From Octopus sinensis (taxonomy: Eukaryota), in the NCBI RefSeq assembly GCF_006345805.1, contig NC_043011.1:10726001-10790000 (forward strand): a DNA stretch of 64,000 nt, read 5' to 3'. The position numbers and the translations under genes were made by a program. A model generated the notes under the pieces. The model was not told where the DNA came from, did not search any database, and saw only the letters and a program-made list of their open reading frames with translations. Numbering within the stretch: the stretch's first letter is position 1; each line of letters opens with the position of its first letter. This document shows, piece by piece, positions 54,073-64,000 of the stretch.

Positions 54073-56560
54073 TTGATAGATATTTGTCCTCATCTTTGTT
54101 GTTACTACAATGTTTTGGCTGATATACCCTCCAGCTTTCATCAGATATCTTGGGGAAATTTCAAACCAGGGTTCTCATTCCTAAGGTATTTTTTTATGTG
54201 GTTGTTATTATTATTATTATCATTATTATTAGTATTGAGTGAGAGAGCAGTGCATCCCATCAAAGTGACACTGGGGTAAAATATACGAAGCCCAGTATAC
54301 CCATCATGACTACCCATCTGATAAAGGTACAATAGGCACATGCATCACAACCATATGTGTGCGACATGGTGATATTATTATTATTAGTAGTAGTAGTAGT
54401 ATTATTCAGGTCACTGCCTAGAAGCAAACTCGGAATCTTGGGGTTAGTAGCCTGCACTCTTAACCACTATGCCATATGCCTGTGGTCAATTATAGAGTGA
54501 ATTTTAGGGCTTATAAATCTAATATTCTCCTATCCTTCCTTAATACAGGTTCCCATATGCTGCTCATATCTGCACTCAGTCTGCTTAGGAGGTTGTTGTG
54601 TCCTAGCATATGTGCTGCTTCTTTTAGTTTTCGTATTTTAACTTCATCCCACAGGGGTAGGTGGTCTCCATTTTTCCATACATGATCACCTATACCCGAT
54701 TTATCAATATCTTCCTGTGTTACAGTTTTGCAATGTTCGTCTACCCTTATTTTGAGGGGGCAGCATGTTTCACCTTTGTATAATCTATCACAGCTGCATG
54801 GGATGGAGTACACGCAGTCTTTGGACATGTTCTCTTCTATTGGTGATTTTATCCGAAGGAGATATTTGCAAAGTGTTGTATTACTCTTGAATACTGTCCT
54901 GATGTCATATGGGCCGCATATCTTTTGTATCTTTTCAGAGAGGCCTTTCCCATAGGTAGACAGACTGTGGACAGTTTATCGGTTTCATCCTCTCTTTTCT
55001 TCATAATTGGAGTGGAGAGTATGCTTTTGGGGTAGATGTTGCTTAATAGATTGTTACTGAGCTTGATCATTTCTTCATGGTGGGTTTCATGATTGCTACT
55101 TATATACATATTGCTTGATGTTTTAGGCACTGAGCAATCCCTCTCTTTACACTGTATGGATGGTGGGAGTTGAAGTTGAGGTATTGTCCAGTGAAGGTTG
55201 GCTTGCGGTATACAGATGTCTTGAATCCATACTTGGTGCATGTTATTAATACGTCCAGGAATGCTAGCTGATTGTATTTCTCTTTTTCCATTGTGAACTG
55301 TATGGATGGCTTTATTGAGTTCACATGATCTAACAGCACTTGGTAGGGCCAGAGTATGAAGGTGTCATCAACATATCACAGCCATAGGGTTGGTTTTAGT
55401 GGTGTTGATCCTAAAGCCAAATTCTCAAAGTATTCCATGGCTATTATTGGTGATGATAGCGAACCCATAGCTAAACCTTCTGCTTGTCAATATATATCAG
55501 TGTCCATTCTGAAATAGGTAGTTTATGCACACAAGGTCAACATTTCCATCAAGTTTCTTATCAGTATACTAGTGCATTCTTTTAGATGGTGTCTATCACT
55601 AGTTTTTCTTGAATCATCGATAGTGCTTCACCAGTTGGGACTTTGGTGAACAGACTTATCACATCTAGATTCACCATCTGGTTGGATTCAATGGGGATAT
55701 CCTTGATCAATTCTGTGAAGTGGGTGGAATTCTTCACGTACGATGTTGACTTTCCTGCTAATGGACTGATTACATCCACAAGGAAGCAACTCAGTGGATG
55801 ACATGCTGAACCTCTACAGCTCACTAAAGGTCTTAATGGAATACCATCCTTGTGAATCTTACAAAGACTGTACATGTGTGGTAGTTTACTATGGTGTTGA
55901 GTCAGTTGTCTGTACTTCATTGGTGTAAAGGGTCCTTGTTCTTGATCAAGATCTGTGGCAACTTCCTCTCTGTCTTCAAAGTAGGGTCTTTCTTTCCTTT
56001 GCTGTAGCTACCATCACTTATAAGACTTGCCAGTTTTTCCGAGGAGTCAATTGTAAATAATGTAAATAATGTACATAATTCCTCATCTCTTAAATATAGA
56101 ACTGTATTACCTGAAGATAAAGATAGGAGATTCCGATATGCACAGAATTCATCCGTGTATGACCAACAATTGCAAAAAACTGTTTTTTTGTCCTTAAATC
56201 CCTCATTTTTGACCAAATTGGTCCAAATCTCACATGAACAGTACAGATGACTCAACAAATGTTTAAAACTATTTTCAGTTAATATTCTTTATTTAACTTG
56301 CGACAGATCTACGAAATACTGTGAAACATCATCTTTGTGCATTTTTGCAGAGTTACACCCAAGAAAGCTGTTTCAAGGAATGCGATTTCTTTTGCTTTTT
56401 TTTGCAAAAGAATTGCGTCATTTCTGGAAAGTATTTGTTCTTTGTCCATCAGTATCCGGGTTCTACAGAAAACTGCAAAACATGGACACTCTTCCCCTTC
56501 CAACAGCTTCACCTTTTTGCAGAGGGCTAGGTCAAACTTCCACTCTCACTAACTCCTTCA
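54073..56560 (-). mobile_element. Penelope-like element (second family), decayed, with SINE insertions near its 3' repeat
   Basis: YSLCKIHKDGIPLRP, GLAMGSLSSP, YVDD, GIY-YIG CVYSIPCSC..LYKGET; decayed HHR CTGATGA-aagctgg...cagcc-AAAA at ~54102-54150. Confidence 0.85.
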
Positions 56561-56580
56561 CGTGTGAAAATGACTAATGG

Positions 56581-56621
<41 letters not shown>

Positions 56622-56926
56622 GTCATCCCATAAGTTCTGTCCAAATTTTGAATAAAGAAAACAAGTGATCAAATGTTATATTTAATTGAAATTTAATCAT
56701 CAATGTACTTTTCCTGGTTATCTATGACTTCCTTCCATCTATTTACAAGATTTTTAATCCCATCAATGTAAAACTCTTTTGGTTTCAAAGCGAAGAACTC
56801 TGCAATGTCAGTTTCGACCTCCTCCTGGCTTGTGAAAGTTATGTCCCCCAAATGATTCTGTAAAGTATGAAACAAATGGTAATCTGAAGGAGCAAGGTCA
56901 GAAGAATAAGGTGGATGAAGAATTTT

Positions 56927-58270
56927 GGGATCTTTTCCTTTTGATAACCAGATTTCAACACAATTTCTAGTTAACTAAACAATTTGAAACTTTGTATACT
57001 GGTAGAATGTGTCAAAAGAAAACATTATTTTCACTTGGCTTTTTTGATAAATTTGTAATTTGTAAGTTTAACGTAGTTTAATTCTTCGAATTTTAACCAA
57101 TCCTATGCCCTCTTTTGAGCTGAAATCATTTGCTGCATCTAAAAACTCAGAAAACATCCTGTTACTGTTAACGCAAACAGCACACACACACACACAAGTG
57201 TTATTCATCCTTCTCTCTTCTGTCTGTCTCGCTCTTTAGTCATCCGCACACATAAATGTTATACATACATCTGTGCGTACGCACATGTTTATATATTTAT
57301 ACACGCACACACATTTCATTCCTGATTTAATGTTTGTTTTCGTTAGCATTCGTGAGTTCGATATCAGGCTAACCTACCGGCCCCACAGTGGGATTTTTTT
57401 TCTTTACGATTATTAGTAAATTCACGTTTATTTATCAATATCGATAACGAATTACTGCCGTTGTTTAGACCAGTCCAGTACATAACTGGTACTTAATTTA
57501 TCCCTAACCCTAACCCTAAACCTAAACCTAACCCTAACCCTAACCCTAACCCCTAACCCGAACCCCTAACTCTAAACCTAACCAAAGCTAGCGACCGAGG
57601 CCGGAAGGCTGTCACGAGATAGGGTTAGGGTTAGGGGTTAGGGTTAGGGATAAATTAAGTACCAGTTATGCACGCACGCACTGGTGTCAATAGAGCCCCT
57701 TGCCGGAACAAATTTACACGAAAGGTAAATAAACCAGAAATGGGGGATCAATGTTTCATCGTTTCGGGGTCGATAAATTATGTACCTGGTGTCGAGGATT
57801 TTTTTCCCAATTTATATCACAGCCTCCGACAAGCTGGGGTATCCTTTTATGAAAAAATATTTCACAAATTTTTACAATACAAACCACACTCCAAGCGCAC
57901 CCTCATATCCCGCTCTAGACCAATTTGGGCATATTATTGTTTTGTTTTTGTTGTTTTTGGCCCTTCAAAACCATGGTAAAAAAAAATTAAGAAAATATTA
58001 AAAAAATATTGTTAATGTTTCTAGCACATGCCAACACAACCCTCCTCATTTGTTTATCAATATCGATAATGCAGCAATAGATTTCAGCTCAAAAGATTGG
58101 TTAAAATTCGAAAAATTAAAATACGTTAAACAAACGAATTACAAATTTATCAAAAAAGCCAAGTGAAAATAATGTTTTCTTTTGACACATTCTACCAGTA
58201 TACGAAGTTTCAAATCGGTTAGTCAACTAGAAATTATGTTGAAATCTGGATATCAAAAGGAAAAGATCCA
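56927..58270. mobile_element. Unclassified foldback/MITE with ~220-bp TIRs and AATTTT (or AATT) TSD
   Basis: gggatcttttccttttgata...gagctgaaatc is inverted at ~58075-58270; AATTTT at 56921-56926 and 58271-58276; removing it restores the mariner frame. Confidence 0.88.
57478..57673. repeat. Interstitial telomeric-repeat palindrome: (CCCTAA)n - 37 nt - (TTAGGG)n between inverted SINE-derived arms
   Basis: cataactggtacttaatttat-(ccctaa)n(57502-57583)-spacer-(ttaggg)n(57621-57649)-ataaattaagtaccagttatg. Confidence 0.9.
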
Positions 58271-59870
58271 AATTTTTTCCCAACCAAGCTCTTCGATCTT
58301 CTGTGATGTGATCTTTGCAGTGTGGGGTCATGCATTGTCCTGACAAAACTTCACTCCTTTTCGATTCACTAAAGCGGGTCTTTTCTTCTTCAAAGGTTGG
58401 TTCAAACGCTCTAATTGCTAACAGTAGACTTGAGTATTAATTGTTGCATAAGGTGGTAACAATTCAAAGTGAAATTACTCCTTTGAAATCCCACCAGATA
58501 GAGAGAAGAACCCTTTTCCCATGAAGTTCCCTTCTCGGTTGTGGTTGAGTTTTTCCCTTTTACCAAGCCACTGTTTATGAAATTTAACATTTTGATAGAA
58601 GATCCATTTTTTGTCACCAGTCACAAGTCTATCCAAAAAGGGTGAAATGAGTTCGCGAGAATGGTGAGAAGGGCAGATGTCGACTTGGGATTTGTGGTTG
58701 CTTTTGGACAATTCATGAGGCACCCATTTTCCAAGTTTAGGAACCTTTCCAAGTTGCTGAAGATGATGATGAACAGTTGTATGGTTTGAACTAAGCTTTA
58801 TTACCAATTCTTCAACTGATAATGCAGGATTTTCTTCAAGTAATGCCTCAAGGAGCTTATTAATTAACTCAATTGGACGTCCTATTTGATCTTCATCTTC
58901 AAGGCTGAAATCTCCACTTCTGAATTTTGCAAACCATCTTCTGCAAGTTCTTTCATTCAAGCATTCTTTCCCATAAACTGAGTGTATGTTTCGAGTCACT
59001 TCGGCTGCAGAGTTTCCTTTTTTGTACTCATAAAGCATTATGTGCCTCAAATGTTCTTTGGATACTTCCATGTTTGAAAGGGTTTTAATCAAAGAAATTT
59101 TAATTTTATTATTTTGTAAAATAATATTTAATTAGTTTAAACCTACACAAATGCATAAAAATAATTTTTAATTCCATTTGACCTTTTTTAAGAATTTGAT
59201 TCCCTTCCCCACCATCTTCCATTTTCTTTTTTTTTTAACTACACACTTAAAAACAATGGGAAATGTCCTTTCAGTAAAAATAAAAGAAATTTTGAAAATT
59301 TAAGAATTGATTCAAACCCTCCCTCTACTCAATACCAATTTTGACCATTTTATTTATTTATCTATATATTTTTTGCACTACTCACTTAAGAACAATGGTA
59401 GAACTCCTGAAGATCAAAAAAAAGAAATTTTGGAAATCAGCAATTACAATCTTCACTTCCTTCATTTTCAAACAGGAAATGAAACAATTTAAAAACATTG
59501 GTGAAATATTTTAAAAACTTTTTCGTAAACATTGCCATCAGCCAACACCATAAATCCTAAAATTTGGGATTTTTCTAAATTTTTTTTTTATCATAAAATA
59601 CAGACAGTCTGAATCTGCAACTTTTTCTGTTTAAATTTCAATATAATTTTCAGACTGAACAATGTGTGATTTAAGGGAGATGTAGCTGTTGTTTCTAGCA
59701 CATGATACGACCACTTAGTACCTTCCCTGTTTCTTTGTCACTCTGACATGTATTGATGCTTTTCAATATTTTTCTCCCCATAAACACATTTTATGGAATG
59801 ATGCAGTGGCTTAAACAACAAGGAAAATTTTGTAATATAAATTTTTAACTCCTACTCAGCACCAAGTGAG

Positions 59871-59874
<4 letters not shown>

Positions 59875-59967
<93 letters not shown>
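59875..59967. repeat. (GT)n(GA)n microsatellite
   Basis: Direct reading. Confidence 0.95.
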
Positions 59968-60689
59968 CATGAAAAACCATATTTACTAAAATAAATTATC
60001 TTTTACACACTTTTCTTAAGTCATTCCATCACCCTAATTAAATACCTTACTCACACACACACACAGTGATATACATTTACATAGAGAGAGAGTATGATAG
60101 ATATATAGAAAGAGGGGGAAGTTTACAATGAGGAACACAAAAAATGAAAGAAATAGACAAGTAGAGAGAATGATCTTTTCTGTTGTGATAGATTTTTAAA
60201 TTTTTAAATTAAGAGAAAATTTTCAAATTTGGTACATTAACGTACTTTTTCACACTGAATCTGGTTTTGTGATTCTTTGCTTCTAGAAAAATTTTAGAAA
60301 AATGTTAGAGCGGTTTAAATTTGATAATTTTTACCTAATCAAGGATTTGAAAGCTAGCATTTTGTGCATGCTGAAAGTAATCATTATAAGATGGGGTTTT
60401 AAGCAGAATGGAAGTAATGCACAAGAGTGTGGAAAATATATAGGGAGAGTAAGGTATAAAGGGGAGAGAATGTGAGGTGAGAGACAAATAATGAGAGATT
60501 TGTCGATCTAAACGTATTATATCTCATAGCAAATTATATTTGTTAATTAATTGTTAATTATCATTTATGAACAACCTCTTCTTTGGGAGGCAGATTTTGA
60601 AAATCAAATTTGTTTTTCTCGAGAACACATTGTTTCAGAGCCTTTCAGGGGTAAGCACACACGCATCATCACATACACTCTCACTTATT

Positions 60690-61560
60690 GAGTTGCTATA
60701 TAAAGCCTTCAATTCTGTGCCACACAAGCAACTAAAGGCCAGACTCTCTGCAACTGGTTGTGAAAGAATTTGCATCATCAGTATGGAATCCCAGTCCTGC
60801 TCAACATATCGCTCTCCTGGTAACTATTTTCAGACATGCAACCAGACAAATATCCACCATTAGGAATCAATCATACTTTGAACATTTTGCTTCCTTTCAC
60901 ATGGACACATTAAAGCTCCAACAGCCGGCAAATGACTTGGTAGACAACCACAACATGGTCCACGATCTTTCCAGCAACAACTTTGGGCACCTTTTTGAAT
61001 TCCATGTGTCTAACACTTATGGACATACTTACAAAATCAGAAAACAACACAGCACCCATCATCATCATCCTCATGTGTTTTAAATCTGGGTTTGGTCCCC
61101 ATTAACAGGGGTGGCCAGATCTACCTCAATGCCATAGCAATTGCCCTCACACCATCTTGCCAACCCTCCCAATCTCCTCTTCCACCTGTCCCCTCCATGT
61201 TTTCCTCAGTCTACCTCACTTTCGTGGTCCATTTATCAAGCACCCTTCTCAGAACCTGCTCCTCATCCCTCCTCAACACATACCCATACCACCACATTCC
61301 ATTCACCCTTGCCAGTCGTTCCACTGATTCCTCTAACCCCAGCATCCCCATCAAGTCCTCAGTCTTCCTCTTATCAAACAGCTTCACTCAGAATTGCTAA
61401 AGCATGGAATAAACTACCCGCATCAGTTGTTAGTTGCTGGGACACTACATCCTTCAAAACTTCCATGGTTCCTGAAATTTGCCAGCAGTACACCTGTTAT
61501 TCCCCCCACCCCATTTTTAAAACTATTCATTCACTGTTCACTTTCTGGGCATTATTCTAT
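60690..61560 (+). mobile_element. CR1-like LINE 3' relic interrupted by an antisense RTE 3' fragment (~61060-61385)
   Basis: KAFNSVPH, EFASSVWNP, LRIAKAWNKLPASVV; the insert begins with (CAT)n. Confidence 0.65.
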
Positions 61561-61564
61561 GTAA

Positions 61565-62158
61565 TGTACGCTGGGCCTCATAGAGGCAATGACAAAATAC
61601 CAAGATCTCTGGAGATATGCTGTGACTGCGAAGACCCGAGAAATAAAGAGAGTTCATAGCTGTATCCTACACCAGCTTCACACAACCAGCCCCAGCCCAT
61701 TCAAAGGATCTTGGATTGCAGAACGACCTGCTGTGCTTACCTTGGATCGTAGGGTTACCTACTGTGCTTGAGGAGACCTATTGAGTCAAGTATAACATCA
61801 AAATAAAAATCAAATGGAAATTGTAGTTGTGATACCCGTGCCGGTGGCATGTAAAAAGCACCATCCGAACGTGGCCAATGCCAGTGCCACCTTGGCTGGC
61901 TTCTGTGCCAGTGGAATGTAGAAAGAACCAAACAATTGTAGCCATTGCTAGCCTCCACTGGCCCCTGTGCCGGTGGCACATAAAAAGCACCCACTACACT
62001 CACGGAGTAGTTGGCGTTTGGGAAGGGCATCCAGCTGTAGAAATACTGCCATATCAGACTGGAGCCTGGTGCAGCCTCCTGGCTTCCGAGACCCCGGTCA
62101 AACTGTTTAACCCATGTTAGCATGGAGAACGGACGTTAAACAATGATGATGATGATGA
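61565..62158 (+). mobile_element. RTE 3'-UTR fragment
   Basis: Shared 3' UTR and (GAT)n tail. Confidence 0.85.
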
Positions 62159-62986
62159 TTGTACATGTACTTTTGGCTACCATTTCTGATGAGTTGTAGT
62201 GCACCAAGCAATGTATACATTGTATACAAAGTTCATTGTATTTATACATATATATATAATCAAAATAAGCATCTGGATATCAAACAGTGATGCAGTATGA
62301 CTGTTTCAAGCAGCTCCATTTAATTAAACAATGCAATCATTACATCAATTTAAAAGCAGTGCCATCTTCAGCTGCACAAATAAATAAATAGAATTTTAAC
62401 AAGTAGGACACATTAACATAATTTTTCCAAAATATTTTAACAGAGGAAGAAGATGGAAGAAATTCATGTTGTCGAACCACTAAGTTATGGAAATGTAAAC
62501 ACACCAACACTAGTTGTTGAGTGTTGACGGAAGAATAAACACAGACACACACAGATACATATACATATAAATACGATGGGCTTCTTTCAGTTTCCATCTA
62601 CCAAATCCACTAACAAGGCTTAGTAGAAGACACTTGTCCAAAGTGCCACACAGTGCGACTGAACCCAGAACCATGTGGTTGGGAAGCAAGCTTCTTACCA
62701 CACAGCCACTCTTACGCCCATGGTTAACCACATACTTTAAGCTGAAACAGGATCTTGTATGTGGTTAACTGAAAGTTTTAATTCATTTTCTTTCTTCTGC
62801 TAGTCTGTGTTATTCTCGGAGAATTTATGGTGGTAATAGTGTCTTTAGACGTCTGTTTTTCAGTGCATGGTGAGGCACAAGCCAAGCCCTTGTTATGATT
62901 ACGTATATAATTATAAAATATTTGTAAATTTTTTTTTTTATTTCCATGCAGACCACCTGGTAAAAATCATTAATGATTTTTACCCT

Positions 62987-63044
<58 letters not shown>

Positions 63045-63168
63045 GCATCCATCCAACCTATGCTAGCATGGAAAATAGACATTAAATGTTGATGATGAAG
63101 ATATATGTGTGTGTGTGTGTGTGGCATATTAGCAATTTAAAACCTAAAGGCAAATTTATAAACATCCC

Positions 63169-63589
63169 TAAAGTAACAAGGGTACAAAGTAGTACCAGTA
63201 TTGCTAGAAATAAGAGTCAGAACAACTCATTAGCCACACAAAATCTCAATTCTTGTCAGTGGATCTTACTGCACCTAGAGTTATGTTCAACTCACCTCGC
63301 CAACTTATGAGAAAAAAAACCATTGAAAGTATGTGTTGTCTCAAAATGGTAGATGTGTATACTATAAATAATGTAGGATCCACTGATGAGAATTGAGATA
63401 CCCTGCATCAGAATTCAAAATCACATGATGCGGGTATTTCTGCTATTTCAGTAAGGAGCTTTGTCTCAGTAAAGCAGAGCGCTCTGTCTCTCTCGTAAAC
63501 CTACTAAGATTGTGCTTTTTGTGGCTAATGAGTTGTTTTGACTCCTATTTCTAGCAATACTGCTACTACTTTGTACCCTTGTCACTTTA
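63169..63589. mobile_element. MITE-like palindrome with ~75-bp TIRs
   Basis: taaagtaacaagggtacaaagtagtaccagtattgctagaaataagagtc... is inverted at ~63515-63589; termini TA-AAGT...ACTT-TA; decayed CTGATGA-gaatt...aattc-AAAA motif in the centre. Confidence 0.75.
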
Positions 63590-64000
63590 ACAATACGATT
63601 TTTAATCGAGATATCAACCTTTATTTATCCTTTTCAAACATATTTTTACCTCATGTAACTCTTATTTCTTTCTAAATAATATATAGATATGTTCCTTGTC
63701 TTCATGTAATTTTATATTATAACCCATGTTAGCATAGAAAGTGGACATTAAACAATGATGATGATGATGATGATGTATTTATTATGTTGATGTAAATCAT
63801 ACATATAAAATGATTATCTAAATTTTTGTTTCTTCATATACCATGTTATATATATATATATACATATATATGATAGACAGAAACTAAAAGAAGTCCATCA
63901 TATGTATATGTGTGTGTGTGTGCATGTATGGCTGGTTGCCTTTATGTATATGTGCATAAATGTAGTTGGGAATGTTTATATGTTTGTGTCTGCTTGTCTT

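Larger units (their letters stand above)
56618..59170 (-). mobile_element. Mariner split by a 1.34-kb foldback insertion
   Basis: MEVSKEHLRHIMLY...WVPHEL...VTGDKKW (58475-59092); the frame rejoins as ELGWEKI/LHPPYSSDLAPSDYHLF across the insertion; 3' TIR tcaggtcatccc after (TA)n; 5' TIR not found. Confidence 0.88.

Noticed and set aside
44151-64000. Search for upstream calpain exons (DFTGG exon, catalytic Cys exon)
   Set aside because: No matching coding segment found by eye; they are probably outside the window.

Overview
AT-rich, microsatellite-laden eukaryotic genomic DNA. The repeat families look like those of an octopus (coleoid cephalopod) genome, but that is from recall and was not searched. 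The only host gene I can support is the 3' two-thirds of a calpain-5/Tra-3-type (C2-domain) calpain on the minus strand. It has 8 coding exons (44150-43957, 41847-41767, 30071-29894, 26419-26303, 24892-24693, 24096-23984, 6372-6239, 924-718). All introns are GT-AG with matching phases, and the exons splice to 1224 nt = 407 aa plus TGA. The catalytic His (GHAYS) and Asn (RNPWG) are present; I found no catalytic-Cys or other upstream exons, so they are probably beyond 64000. The introns are filled mostly with decayed transposons: RTE and BovB-like LINEs, two R4/Dong-type RLE retrotransposons in (TAA)n, Penelope-like elements with hammerhead motifs, CR1 and Tx1 relics, mariners, a hAT derivative with TSD, MITEs/foldbacks and tRNA-derived SINEs. 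The most unusual items are a telomeric-repeat palindrome nested in a foldback element inside a mariner, a nearly canonical hammerhead ribozyme on the calpain sense strand in the last intron, and a ~350-500 nt near-perfect hairpin. I found no clear new protein-coding system.
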